IMG/VR virus record: IMGVR_UViG_3300010371_000009
Coordinates: 1 to 57,027 of that record
DNA length: 57,027 nt
Strand: one strand, 5' to 3'
Source of the DNA: a virus
Taxonomy: Duplodnaviria; Caudoviricetes
Below the pieces are notes generated by a model, which was given only the letters and a program-made list of their open reading frames with translations, was not told where the DNA came from and ran no database searches. Within the stretch, counting starts at the first letter, position 1. Each line of letters starts with the position of its first letter. This document shows positions 1 through 9,706 of this stretch, piece after piece. Position numbers and translations under genes: made by a program.

Positions 1-123
1 GCTATGCGTAATGCTGATAGTTTAATGTATGTAGATAATGAAAAAGGAAATTTAATAAGCTCTCATGTAATATCTGATATATTTAAAGATTTAGGATTTG
101 ATGGCATTGTTATGAATGCTAAA
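1..123. repeat. Terminal direct repeat (copy 1), circular-assembly overlap
   Basis: 1-123 is identical to 56905-57027 (gctatgcgtaatgctgatag...tatgaatgctaaa). Confidence 0.97.
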
Positions 124-1938
124 GAAGCATTCCCACACATGAAAAATATTCCAGAAGGTACTTTGCACGCTGTTCCGTTAAAACAGAATACAGTTAAAGG
201 TAAATATAACGATAAAATTTTGTATTCAGACACTCGCAATCAAGTAGCCTCTCAAGTTAGCCATCAAATAGAAAAGAATGGTTTCTATTCTCAATTAGAA
301 CGCGCTGTTACTGATGCAAAGATGAATAAAGGTGATGCTAATCAATGGTTAGGTTATTTAAAGAACCAACCTGGTGTTAAGACAGAAGAAATAAATACAG
401 TTTTAAAAGATTTACCAGAAGGTCCGATTACAAAAGATCAATTGCAGAATATTGTCAATCAAAATAAAGTTGAGTTGAATGAAGTTGTGAAAGGCGGCGA
501 TCCTGAAAAAATAGCTGAAAATTATTATAATTCTATGCCAAACAATTCTGTAAAATGGGAAGATTTACCAGAAAAAACAAAAGATGTATTTAGAAGTAAA
601 GCTTTATATTCTAAAACTAAATATCATGATTATCAACTTCCAGGTGGTGAAAACTATAGAGAAATGTTATTGACGTTGCCACAGAAGGATAAAAAATATG
701 CATATGATGCTTTTAATCCAAAAACCCAACAAGCTAAACAATTTGTATCACGCAAAGAAGCAGAAGAATTTGCTAATAAAGATAAAACTGGCAACACTGT
801 TGTATCTGAAATAGAAATAGGTGAGCCAGATTATAAATCGTCCCATTGGGATGAACCAAATATTATTGCTCATGTTCGCATGAATGATAGAATGATTGAT
901 GGTAAGAAAACACTTCATCTTGAAGAAATTCAATCTGATTGGCATCAAGCAGGACGTAAGCAAGGTTATAAACTTTCTGATAAACAGAAAGGTGAATTAG
1001 AAAATATTGATGAAAAATTAATGAATGGTTTGTCTGAAAGCGATATTGGCAATCCAGATATTGACGCAGTTTTAAAAACTGCTGTTGATAAGAAGGTGTT
1101 AACACCTGATGAAGCTAAGAATTATAAAGAATATTCCAAAGGTGAAAATTCAAATATTCCAGATGCACCATTTAAAAAGAATTGGGATGATTTAGCTTTA
1201 AAGCGAATGATACGTCAAGCTGCTGAAAATGGATACGAAGGTATTAGTTGGACACCTGGGGAAGCACAAGCCGCGCGATATGATTTGAGTAAGCAAATAA
1301 GTAAAATAACTTACAATGCACCAAAATCAAAATTAGCAGATAAATACGGTACAGTTTTAAAAGCATATAATCATAATGGTGAAGAAGTAATAAACAAAGC
1401 TGCGACACCAGAACAATTACCAGATTTAATTGGCAAAGAAGCTGCTGAAAAACTTTTAAAAACTGAAGCTACAAAAGATAAACACGAATTATCAGGTTTG
1501 GATTTAAAGGTTGGTGGTGAAGGTATGAAAGCCTTCTATGATAAAATGCTTGTAGATAGAGCTAATGCGCTAGGTAAAAAGTATGGTGCTAAAGTTGAAC
1601 AGAAAGAAATTAAAGCTGCTCCAAAATATGAAATTAAAAATCCTATATTGAATAAAAAAGGTGAAGAAGTAGTTAGTGTTTATAAAGACGGTGTATTTCA
1701 AGCTGATATGGAAAAATCTGAAGCAGCCAGTTATATATCTAAAAAAGAGAAAAGCGACAAGCCTTCTATAGTTCACTATCTTCCATTGACACCTGAATTA
1801 AAGAACAAAGCTCTTAAAGAAGGCTTTCCGCTTTTTTCATCCACACCAATTCTTACACCAGTATCTCACAATCCATTTGACACTGATCGTAAAAAATATA
1901 AATTAAAAAAGGTTGACCACAACCCATTTGCTCAATAG
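1..1938 (+). CDS. C-terminal part of a ~1014-aa polyvalent/ADP-ribosyltransferase-like protein (begins at 55798, continues across the junction)
   Basis: In frame with 55798..56904 through the repeat. Motifs FYSQLE, YQLPGGENYREMLL, HVRMNDR, EEIQSDWHQ, PDAPFKK, GMKAFYD resemble large phage polyvalent/injected proteins. Confidence 0.75.
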   Translation, partial: AMRNADSLMYVDNEKGNLISSHVISDIFKDLGFDGIVMNAKEAFPHMKNIPEGTLHAVPLKQNTVKGKYNDKILYSDTRNQVASQVSHQIEKNGFYSQLERAVTDAKMNKGDANQWLGYLKNQPGVKTEEINTVLKDLPEGPITKDQLQNIVNQNKVELNEVVKGGDPEKIAENYYNSMPNNSVKWEDLPEKTKDVFRSKALYSKTKYHDYQLPGGENYREMLLTLPQKDKKYAYDAFNPKTQQAKQFVSRKEAEEFANKDKTGNTVVSEIEIGEPDYKSSHWDEPNIIAHVRMNDRMIDGKKTLHLEEIQSDWHQAGRKQGYKLSDKQKGELENIDEKLMNGLSESDIGNPDIDAVLKTAVDKKVLTPDEAKNYKEYSKGENSNIPDAPFKKNWDDLALKRMIRQAAENGYEGISWTPGEAQAARYDLSKQISKITYNAPKSKLADKYGTVLKAYNHNGEEVINKAATPEQLPDLIGKEAAEKLLKTEATKDKHELSGLDLKVGGEGMKAFYDKMLVDRANALGKKYGAKVEQKEIKAAPKYEIKNPILNKKGEEVVSVYKDGVFQADMEKSEAASYISKKEKSDKPSIVHYLPLTPELKNKALKEGFPLFSSTPILTPVSHNPFDTDRKKYKLKKVDHNPFAQ

Positions 1939-1947
1939 GAATTTTAA

Positions 1948-2385
1948 ATGTCAAAAAAAATTGTAAAGCCTATTAACCCATTGATTTTTAAAGTTGCTGG
2001 TGAATTTGCTGCGGTCTTTTATGAAACTGGTCGTTCACAAGGGATGACTTCTAAGCACAAGACGGCAAAAGCGTATGCGCGACACAACATTGAAAAGTTT
2101 GTACCATTAGCAATTAAACATCTTATAGATATGTTGAAGCCTACAAGCAATTGTACTGATTTTATGCGAATGGAAATTTATGAAGCTTTGCGCGATCCTA
2201 TCAACGATCCTGATTTGATGGAAGGTAAGAAGAATGGATTGCCAGATATTAATGCTGAAAAATTATCTAAGATATTAAATCAATACGATAAAAACAAAAT
2301 TAATTTACCTGTAACGTCAAATCCAAAAAGTTTAAAAGACAATACTGCTTTAACTCAAAATCCATTCACACCAAAGGCTAACTAA
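1948..2385 (+). CDS. hypothetical protein
   Basis: 145-aa ORF with AGGA RBS, in the head operon. Confidence 0.75.
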   Translation: MSKKIVKPINPLIFKVAGEFAAVFYETGRSQGMTSKHKTAKAYARHNIEKFVPLAIKHLIDMLKPTSNCTDFMRMEIYEALRDPINDPDLMEGKKNGLPDINAEKLSKILNQYDKNKINLPVTSNPKSLKDNTALTQNPFTPKAN

Positions 2386-2386
2386 A

Positions 2387-2614
2387 ATGGCAAAGAAAAA
2401 CAAGCTTCCAATTGCTAAACCTTCTACTGTTGAGGTTGCTCGACCTTATAAGCCTTCAAAAGAAGATCAAGCTAGGGAACGCCGTTATGCTGCTGAAGAT
2501 GGTTTAAGAGCCATTCAACGGGCTGAAGAAATCAAAAGAGATAACAAATTAATGAATGACATTAAGTCTCTTGCTCAAGAGCAAATGTCAAATCTAAAGA
2601 AGTTTGCGAAATGA
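2387..2614 (+). CDS. hypothetical protein
   Basis: 75-aa ORF tightly packed in the operon. Confidence 0.7.
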   Translation: MAKKNKLPIAKPSTVEVARPYKPSKEDQARERRYAAEDGLRAIQRAEEIKRDNKLMNDIKSLAQEQMSNLKKFAK

Positions 2615-2838
2615 AATATGGCGGAAAAGAAATAAAGGAAATGAGTGATGCAGAATTAGTGCAATTAAATGAACATTTGACTAGTGTGTTAAACAACACT
2701 CTGGAAAAAAGAAACGACGAACGGTTTAAACCTAAGTTTAAAAATTCTCCATCACCACAACTCAATCCTGCGTTCGTAGAAGTTAAGAATGCAGTTTTAG
2801 AAGAAATAAATAAAAGGAATATTAACAATGGCTACTGA
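2611..2838 (+). CDS. hypothetical protein
   Basis: 75-aa ORF with ATGA overlap. Confidence 0.65.
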   Translation: MKYGGKEIKEMSDAELVQLNEHLTSVLNNTLEKRNDERFKPKFKNSPSPQLNPAFVEVKNAVLEEINKRNINNGY

Positions 2839-3688
2839 TAAGTCTAAGGTTGAATTAGAACGTGAAAGCATTAAGGTTGATAGCACCAATAATGAACCAG
2901 AAAAAGAAGTTGATGCTGAAAAAGAAGAAGAAGTAGAAGCCGATGAAGAAGAAAAAGAAAAAGAAAAAGAAGAAGATAATGAAGATGTAGATAAAGAAGA
3001 AGATGGAGAAAAAGACCCTGAAGAAAAGCATGAATTAACTGCTGCTGAAAAAGAAGTTGAAAAGCTTAAGAATACAATTGAGCGTTTGAAGAAACGTGTG
3101 GGCAAGACAGTTGGTGAAAAAGAAGAAATTAAGAAGCAATTGGCAGATGCTAAGATCGCTTTAGAGAAGAAGAAAGAAGATGGTGAAGAAGTTTTAGATG
3201 AAGATACTGTTAATAAACGTGCTGAAGAATTAGCTAACGTCAAGGCTACTGAAAGGCAATTTATTGCAGATTGTAATAAATTAGCCGATGCAGCTACTAA
3301 AATTGATAAGGACTTTCCACAAAAAGTTAAAGTGGTTGGTGAAGAAATTTCACCCATTCCGTCTCAAATGGTAGGTATCCTTACTGATTTAGATAATGAT
3401 AATGGTGGTGCAGTTTTAGCACATTTAGTTGAAAATGTTGATGAATATGAAGATATTATTAAACTTCCATTGACTAAAATGACAAGCAAGCTGTTAAAAC
3501 TGTCTGATAAGCTTGCTGAAGAAGCTAAGCCTAAGCCTAGACCAATTTCTAAGGTTCCTGCACCTAATGAGACTGTTAATGGTAATAGAAGCTCTCCGCA
3601 AGTTCTTACCGATAAAATGCCAATGGATGAATGGGTAAGATTGCGTAATCAACAGGCTGAAGAACGCCGCAAGGCAAAATACCGATAA
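2828..3688 (+). CDS. capsid scaffolding protein
   Basis: Acidic coiled-coil protein with a basic C-terminal helix (MDEWVRLRNQQAEERRKAK), directly upstream of the coat gene. Confidence 0.75.
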   Translation: MATDKSKVELERESIKVDSTNNEPEKEVDAEKEEEVEADEEEKEKEKEEDNEDVDKEEDGEKDPEEKHELTAAEKEVEKLKNTIERLKKRVGKTVGEKEEIKKQLADAKIALEKKKEDGEEVLDEDTVNKRAEELANVKATERQFIADCNKLADAATKIDKDFPQKVKVVGEEISPIPSQMVGILTDLDNDNGGAVLAHLVENVDEYEDIIKLPLTKMTSKLLKLSDKLAEEAKPKPRPISKVPAPNETVNGNRSSPQVLTDKMPMDEWVRLRNQQAEERRKAKYR

Positions 3689-3712
3689 TCTGTCTGAAAT
3701 TTAAAAATATTT

Positions 3713-3742
3713 AAAAGCCCCTATTGACTTAGGGGCTTTTTT
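3713..3742 (+). terminator. intrinsic terminator (loop contains a TTGACT -35-like hexamer)
   Basis: aaaagccccta-ttgact-taggggctttt followed by a T-run. Confidence 0.8.
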
Positions 3743-3912
3743 ATTTATTGTGCGTGTTATTAGCCCCTGTATCGGCATCGTAGGTACTGTTTTAAAAGCC
3801 TTCTAGGGCTGGCATTAAATGCCCCTGGTAGCTGTTAAATTCCGGGTTCAGCAACCGGCTTTCACCAGATTATATTTTATTGCGCTAAGCGCATATTTAA
3901 AGGTTTAAGCCT

Positions 3913-5142
3913 ATGGCTAACTCACTCTTAACTATTGACATGATTACTCGTGAAGCTGTGCGACTGTTTAAGAATAGCAATTTGTTTATTATGAATATGG
4001 ATACGCAATACGATAGTTCGTTTGCGGTGGATGGTGCTAAGATTGGTTCCAATCTTCGCATTCGCTTGCCTAACGATTATGTCGTTACGCAAGGGCCGGA
4101 AATGCAGCTTCAATCCACAACTGAACAGTTTACTAATTTAACTGTTAGCGATCAACGCAACGTTGCTGTGCCGTTCACTACAGCAGAACGCACAATGTCG
4201 ATTGACGATTATTCGGAAATTGTGCTTGCACCTATGATTAACAACTTGGCTGGTAAAGTTGCACAAGTTGTTATGGAAGGTTCTGAAGGTGGTGTTTGTA
4301 ACTTCGTTGCCAATAAAGACCAGAATGGCACTATCATTAATGTCGATAGCCTTCAATTCTTAGAAGCTAACGCCATTCTTGATAATCAGTCTGCTGATCC
4401 AATGACACGCCGCGTTGTCAATGATCCGTTAACTGATGCTCGCACTACTAAGTCTCTGCAAGGTCTTTTAAATCCTACACCAGAGATTAGCTCGCAATTC
4501 CGTACTGGCATGATGAAGTCTGGTTTAGGTTATGATCGTTGGTTCCGTGACCAGACTGTTATCAAGCATATTTCTGGTACTTATGATAGCGCGAATGCTC
4601 CATCTACTGTTGATGCTGCTGGTCAAACTGGCAACACCATCACTGTTACTGCGTTGAATGGCACACTTAAGAAGGGCGATATTTTCACTCTTGAAGGTGT
4701 GAATGAAGTCAACCGCGTTACCAAGCAAAACTTGGGAACACTTCGTCAGTTTGTTGTTACTGAAGATGTTGATGCTGCTGGAACAGAAGTTTCGTTCTAT
4801 CCAGCGTTAATTCCTTCTAACAATGGTGCTGATGTTCAATATCAGACAGTTGATGTTTCGCCTGATGCTGGTGCTGATTTCCTTATGGTTACTAAGTCTG
4901 GTGAAGTTTATCGCAAGTCGATTGCTTATGTTCAAAAAGCAGTTACACTTGCTACAGCAGATTTAGTTATTCCCCGTAAGGCTGTTGAAGAAGCTGCGCG
5001 CGCCAATTACGATGGTATCGCAATGCGTATCTTAACAGATTATCTGCCTGGATCGGACCAGTTAGCAACTCGTGTTGACGTTCTGTTTGGATATAAGTAT
5101 ATCCGTCCAGAATGGCTGTGCGTGGTTGCAGACGCCATCTAA
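3913..5142 (+). CDS. major capsid protein, P22 gp5-like
   Basis: MANSLLTIDMITREAVRLF...KIGSNLRIRLP...RVDVLFGYKYIRPEW is typical of the P22 coat family. Confidence 0.92.
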   Translation: MANSLLTIDMITREAVRLFKNSNLFIMNMDTQYDSSFAVDGAKIGSNLRIRLPNDYVVTQGPEMQLQSTTEQFTNLTVSDQRNVAVPFTTAERTMSIDDYSEIVLAPMINNLAGKVAQVVMEGSEGGVCNFVANKDQNGTIINVDSLQFLEANAILDNQSADPMTRRVVNDPLTDARTTKSLQGLLNPTPEISSQFRTGMMKSGLGYDRWFRDQTVIKHISGTYDSANAPSTVDAAGQTGNTITVTALNGTLKKGDIFTLEGVNEVNRVTKQNLGTLRQFVVTEDVDAAGTEVSFYPALIPSNNGADVQYQTVDVSPDAGADFLMVTKSGEVYRKSIAYVQKAVTLATADLVIPRKAVEEAARANYDGIAMRILTDYLPGSDQLATRVDVLFGYKYIRPEWLCVVADAI

Positions 5143-5150
5143 TCTAAAAT

Positions 5151-5185
5151 AGGGGAAGGAATTAAAAAGCCTTCCCCACAATTTT
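5151..5185 (+). terminator. stem-loop after capsid gene
   Basis: ggggaagg...ccttcccc inverted repeat with a weak U-tail. Confidence 0.55.
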
Positions 5186-5202
5186 AACAAAGGAAATCTA
5201 AA

Positions 5203-5406
5203 ATGGCTGTTGATAAAAAAGGCAAGATTAAATTGCTTTATCCTAAGCTTGTTGTGGTTGGACAAGACAAGAGCGGTAAGAATATTAAAAAGCGCGTTAT
5301 GAATGAAGAAGAAGAAAAGGCTTTGCTTGGTGTTAAAGAGCCTGAAAAGAAAGAACTTGAAAAGAAAGAAGAAACTAAAACTACTCCTGCTTGGGGTACT
5401 AAGTAA
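5203..5406 (+). CDS. hypothetical head-associated protein
   Basis: 67-aa ORF with AAGGA RBS after the coat gene. Confidence 0.7.
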   Translation: MAVDKKGKIKLLYPKLVVVGQDKSGKNIKKRVMNEEEEKALLGVKEPEKKELEKKEETKTTPAWGTK

Positions 5407-6377
5407 TGACTACAGCCCGTGATATTGTCAATCTTGCGTTTAAGCAAGCTGGCATACTTGGGCTAGGTCAAACACTTAATGCTGAAGATACCAATGATGG
5501 CTTTACATTATTAAATCAAATGGTGGCACAATGGCAAAAGCGACGTTGGCTTGTGCCATCATTACAAATTTTAAATAAGACTTTAACTGGTCAAAAATCT
5601 TATACTGTGGGTTTAGGTGGTTTTTTCGATATTAAGCGACCAAGTGATATTAAAGGTGCTTATGTAATTCAAAAAAATACTGGTCCTGTTCCAGTTAGTT
5701 TGCAGCTAACTAAATTGTTTTCTTATGAAGATTACATAAGAATTGCTGTTAAAGATTTACAATCTTTACCAGATCATTTTTTCTACGATGCTCAATATCC
5801 ATTAGCTAATTTGTATATTTGGCCAGTTGGCAATTCGCTATATGAATTGTATATTCTTTGTCAAAGTCAATTGGGTTTTGGTACAACCATCAGTCAAGGT
5901 GCTATTAGTTCTGGTGGTACTCTTTATACCGATGGAATTTACAATAATATTTTACTAACTGGTGGTTCCGGTACTGGTGCAACAGCAGACATTACTGTTA
6001 CTGCTGGTGTAGTAACTTTGTTTAATTTATTAACTGGTGGTCAAAACTACAATATTGGCGACATACTTTCTGTAAACAATGCAGATATTGGTGGCACTGG
6101 TGCTGGTTTTGCTTATGTTGTTCAAAACATATCTGCCAATTTGAACACAGATGTTGTAATGCCACCTGAATATGAAGAAGCTTTGTTTTTAAATTTGAGT
6201 ATAAGACTTTCTGCAATGTATCAATTAGAGCCTACTTCAGCTACAGTTGTTTTAGCTAAGAAATCTTTGAACACACTAAAAACTATTAACACTCAAGTTC
6301 CTCAATTATCTATGCCTCAAGCACCTGGATTGCGAACGGGTAAAGCTTTCAATATTTGGAATGCTGACGGATATTAA
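5406..6377 (+). CDS. head-tail adaptor (P22 gp4-like) with inserted Gly-rich beta domain
   Basis: MTTARDIVNLAFKQAGILG...LNQMVAQW and PPEYEEAL...LSIRL motifs; position after the coat gene. Confidence 0.75.
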   Translation: MTTARDIVNLAFKQAGILGLGQTLNAEDTNDGFTLLNQMVAQWQKRRWLVPSLQILNKTLTGQKSYTVGLGGFFDIKRPSDIKGAYVIQKNTGPVPVSLQLTKLFSYEDYIRIAVKDLQSLPDHFFYDAQYPLANLYIWPVGNSLYELYILCQSQLGFGTTISQGAISSGGTLYTDGIYNNILLTGGSGTGATADITVTAGVVTLFNLLTGGQNYNIGDILSVNNADIGGTGAGFAYVVQNISANLNTDVVMPPEYEEALFLNLSIRLSAMYQLEPTSATVVLAKKSLNTLKTINTQVPQLSMPQAPGLRTGKAFNIWNADGY

Positions 6378-6382
6378 AATTA

Positions 6383-8341
6383 ATGGGACGTGTCAATTTA
6401 CTTGGCCAGCCTTATTCTGGTAAAGGTTTGATTGCCAGCGCACAACGCTGTGTCAATCTCTATGGTGAAAGTAATAAGGATAGCCTTTCGCCTACTCCAA
6501 TGACATACTACCAGTTTCCTGGTACTGAATTATTAGGAACACCTTTAAATCAAGCTATAGCGCGTTGTATCTATAGAACAAGTATCGGTACTTGCTATGA
6601 AGTTGTTGGCTCCAATGTTTATTTTGTTCAACCAGATGGAGAAACAATTTTAATTGGTGTGATTGAAGATAAGCTTTCTCAAGTTTATATGGCTGATAAT
6701 GGGTTAGTAGCTGTTATAGTAGATGGTGTGAATGGATATGCAATAGATTTGTCTAATAATAATTTTGGACAAATTATTGATCCATCTTTTTATGGTGCAG
6801 ATTTTGCATTATTCTTAAATACATTTTTTGTTTTCAATCGTCCAGGTACAAATCAATTTTACATAAGCTTATCTATGGTCACATTCGGTATGTTGACCAA
6901 TACAGCTATTGCTACAGGTTCTATTACAAATCATGGTTCTAAATATACTAATGGAAATTATTTTAGTGTTCCTTTAACTGGCGGAAGTGGCGACGGAGCT
7001 TTAGCAGATATAACAATTGGCGGTACTAATCCTGCTGCTGGTGTTATAGTTGGTGGAACACTTTACACTAACGGTACATATTTAAATGTTCCTTTAACTG
7101 GTGGCGCTGGTACTGGCGCACACGCTGATATTACCGTCGCTGGTGGTGCTGTTACTGTAGTTAATTTAAAATTTGATGGTCAAAATTACGCTATCGGCAA
7201 TGTTCTATCTGCAACAGCAGCTAGCATTGGTGGTACTGGTTCTGGATTTACATTTACATTAACAGCTTTAGGACAAGTTGTCACTAATGTCTCTATAGTT
7301 TATGGTGGTGAAAATTATTTAATTGGTGATACATTATCTGTTAATAATTTAGAAATTGGTGGTGTTGGAGCAGGATTTATTTGGACTATTACAGGTGTAG
7401 ATACTGCGTTTAATCCATTAGACATAGCTGCTAAATCTAGTTCCGCCGATCCAATTGTGGGTATAGCTACAGTTCATAACGAATTGTGGTTGATTGGTGC
7501 TTTAACAACTGAAGTTTGGCTAGGTACTGGTGCTGCTGATTTCTTCTTTCAAATTGTTCAAGGTGCATTTATTGACCACGGCTCAATCGCGCCATATTCT
7601 ATAGCTAATCAAGACGTTATTGTATTTTGGATAAGTCAAGATAAACAAGGTTCTGGTATTATTGTTAAAGGTCAAGGCTACGATGTTACTGAAATTTCTA
7701 CACCTTACATCGTAAGTAAAATTAAAACTTATCCGACAATAGCAGATGCTATTGGAATGTGTTTCCAAATAGAAGATCACGCATTCTATTTATTACAATT
7801 TCCAACAGCAAACGCTACTTGGCTTTATGATTTAAAAACTGGATTTTGGGCAGAATTAGGAAAATGGAATACTGCTACAAATCAGTATAACAGATATAGA
7901 GCTAATTGTTGTGCATTTGCATTTGGTATGAATTTAATAGGTGATTATCAAACTGGAAAAATTTATAAATTAAATCCAAATGTATATACAGATGGTGGTG
8001 ATCCAATTAAATGGTTACGGACTTTTCCACACCTAATAGGCGATGAATTTGAACGCATTATCTATAATAGCTGTGATGCTGATATAGAAGTTGGCAATTC
8101 TGTTCAAGACGATTTAAACGCACCTGATCCACAAATATTTTTAAGCTGGTCAGATAATCGTGGAAAAAGTTTTGGCTTTCCTGTAGGTCAATCTATGGGA
8201 AGGCAAGGTGAATTTTATACAACTGTTTCTTGGAATAGATTAGGTTATGGTCGAGATAGAGTATTTCAATTAGAGTGGTCAGAACCTTGTAAAACAGCTT
8301 TGAATGGTGTTTTCGTTCAAAGCAAACAAGCTAAAACATAA
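6383..8341 (+). CDS. tail hub / DNA stabilisation protein (P22 gp10-like) with inserted domains
   Basis: RCVNLY N-terminus, MADNG, TTEVW, LSWSDNRGKSFG, WNRLGYGRDRVF motifs. Confidence 0.88.
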   Translation: MGRVNLLGQPYSGKGLIASAQRCVNLYGESNKDSLSPTPMTYYQFPGTELLGTPLNQAIARCIYRTSIGTCYEVVGSNVYFVQPDGETILIGVIEDKLSQVYMADNGLVAVIVDGVNGYAIDLSNNNFGQIIDPSFYGADFALFLNTFFVFNRPGTNQFYISLSMVTFGMLTNTAIATGSITNHGSKYTNGNYFSVPLTGGSGDGALADITIGGTNPAAGVIVGGTLYTNGTYLNVPLTGGAGTGAHADITVAGGAVTVVNLKFDGQNYAIGNVLSATAASIGGTGSGFTFTLTALGQVVTNVSIVYGGENYLIGDTLSVNNLEIGGVGAGFIWTITGVDTAFNPLDIAAKSSSADPIVGIATVHNELWLIGALTTEVWLGTGAADFFFQIVQGAFIDHGSIAPYSIANQDVIVFWISQDKQGSGIIVKGQGYDVTEISTPYIVSKIKTYPTIADAIGMCFQIEDHAFYLLQFPTANATWLYDLKTGFWAELGKWNTATNQYNRYRANCCAFAFGMNLIGDYQTGKIYKLNPNVYTDGGDPIKWLRTFPHLIGDEFERIIYNSCDADIEVGNSVQDDLNAPDPQIFLSWSDNRGKSFGFPVGQSMGRQGEFYTTVSWNRLGYGRDRVFQLEWSEPCKTALNGVFVQSKQAKT

Positions 8342-8685
8342 TGCAGCCATTACCAAATACATTATCGCCACTTACTTTAAATGGTAGAGTTATTTCGCCT
8401 TGGGTTGAATATCTTCAGCAATTTACAATAGCTCCACCACCTATCATCACGATAAAGGTTACAGGTTCTATATTTAAATATATTGGAAAAGAGCCTGGAA
8501 ATTTAGTTGTAACTGATGGCACTATATCTCAAATATCTTTGACTAGAGGTAATGTGACTATCAATTTTGGTGCAGGAACAAACAAGATAATTCCAGTTGG
8601 AATTAAAGATACAATCTCTATTACTTATTCTGTCTTGCCCACACTTCAATTCATTCCTAGTTACGGTCAAAATACAAATCGTTAG
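8341..8685 (+). CDS. tail protein (gp26/needle position)
   Basis: Coupled to gp10 gene (TAATG); beta-rich; function inferred from synteny only. Confidence 0.5.
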   Translation: MQPLPNTLSPLTLNGRVISPWVEYLQQFTIAPPPIITIKVTGSIFKYIGKEPGNLVVTDGTISQISLTRGNVTINFGAGTNKIIPVGIKDTISITYSVLPTLQFIPSYGQNTNR

Positions 8686-8694
8686 GAAAAATAA

Positions 8695-9249
8695 ATGCAG
8701 AATTTTCATTTGATAGCTCAAAACGTAAACATAGTTAATGTTATGCGTGAAATTAAAATGCAGCCTGATTTGTGGAATGAGAATGACTTAAGAACCAAAT
8801 TTCCTGGTACTCCGCACGCTGAAGCCGATGATATTTGGATTTGGTTTAATCATACTTTGTTAAAAGGTGCAGATGCAGAATACATTGTGAATGATTTAGA
8901 AGTTGTTCCTTATCGCGCTTGGAAAGATTTACCTTCGTTGCGACCATTGATTTTTGGATTGATGGCAGAAGTTCAAGCTGTTCGCTTAGGTCGTGTTATC
9001 ATTACAAAGCTTGCTCCTGGTAAAGCGATTGCTTCACATACAGATCAAGGTGCGCCAGCCACATATTATAAGCGTTATCAGATTGCAATCAATTGTTTAC
9101 CTGGAAATATATTTAAAATTGGTGATGAAGAAATTAGTTTTAAATCTGGTGACATTTGGTGGATTGATAATACTAAAGAACATTCAGTTATAAATAATTC
9201 TGCTGATGATCGTATAGTGTGTATTGTTGATTTAAGGCTTGGATTATGA
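8695..9249 (+). CDS. aspartyl/asparaginyl beta-hydroxylase-like Fe(II)/2OG oxygenase
   Basis: LAPGKAIASHTD (HxD) ... GDIWWIDNTKEHSVIN...DRIVCIVD. Confidence 0.85.
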   Translation: MQNFHLIAQNVNIVNVMREIKMQPDLWNENDLRTKFPGTPHAEADDIWIWFNHTLLKGADAEYIVNDLEVVPYRAWKDLPSLRPLIFGLMAEVQAVRLGRVIITKLAPGKAIASHTDQGAPATYYKRYQIAINCLPGNIFKIGDEEISFKSGDIWWIDNTKEHSVINNSADDRIVCIVDLRLGL

Positions 9250-9704
9250 TTACTACATCAATTGAAAAGTTTTGTGATATTTTTGAAGAAATGAAATCCT
9301 TAAATAAGGTTCATTATGAAGAAATATCGGAACATGCTAAACACGGTATCAGTCTTAATCCTGATTATCCTGCTTATTTTGCTAAAGAGAACGCTGGTGA
9401 ATTATTAGTAATTGTGTTGCGTGACACTGGTAAATTAGTCGGCTATTACATTGGCTTGATAGGTCATTCGTTACATTACAAAGATTGCTTGCAATGCGCG
9501 ATGGATATAATTTACGTTGACCCAAATTTTAGGGGACAAAGCGGTGGAAAGCTGCTAATGGATCGTCTCAAATCAGAATGTGGGCAACGCGGCATCCGTG
9601 TAATGACGATGGGATGCAAAAATGCTCATAAAATTTACATGGAAAAATTATTAATAGAAAGCGGCTTTAATGCGTATGAAACGCATTATTCATTCTGGTT
9701 GTAA
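9246..9704 (+). CDS. GNAT-family acetyltransferase-like protein
   Basis: GKLVGY, DIIYVDPNFRGQSGG acetyl-CoA motif. Confidence 0.8.
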   Translation: MITTSIEKFCDIFEEMKSLNKVHYEEISEHAKHGISLNPDYPAYFAKENAGELLVIVLRDTGKLVGYYIGLIGHSLHYKDCLQCAMDIIYVDPNFRGQSGGKLLMDRLKSECGQRGIRVMTMGCKNAHKIYMEKLLIESGFNAYETHYSFWL

Positions 9705-9706
9705 TC

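Noticed and set aside
1-123. 123-bp terminal repeat as a biological direct terminal repeat
   Set aside because: It falls mid-gene with the frame continuing across it, which fits an assembly overlap of a circular or permuted genome
2797-3357. Long antisense ORFs (also 12228..12887, 14512..16704, 30032..30442, 48441..48842)
   Set aside because: Shadow frames of strongly biased real genes, low-complexity products without RBS
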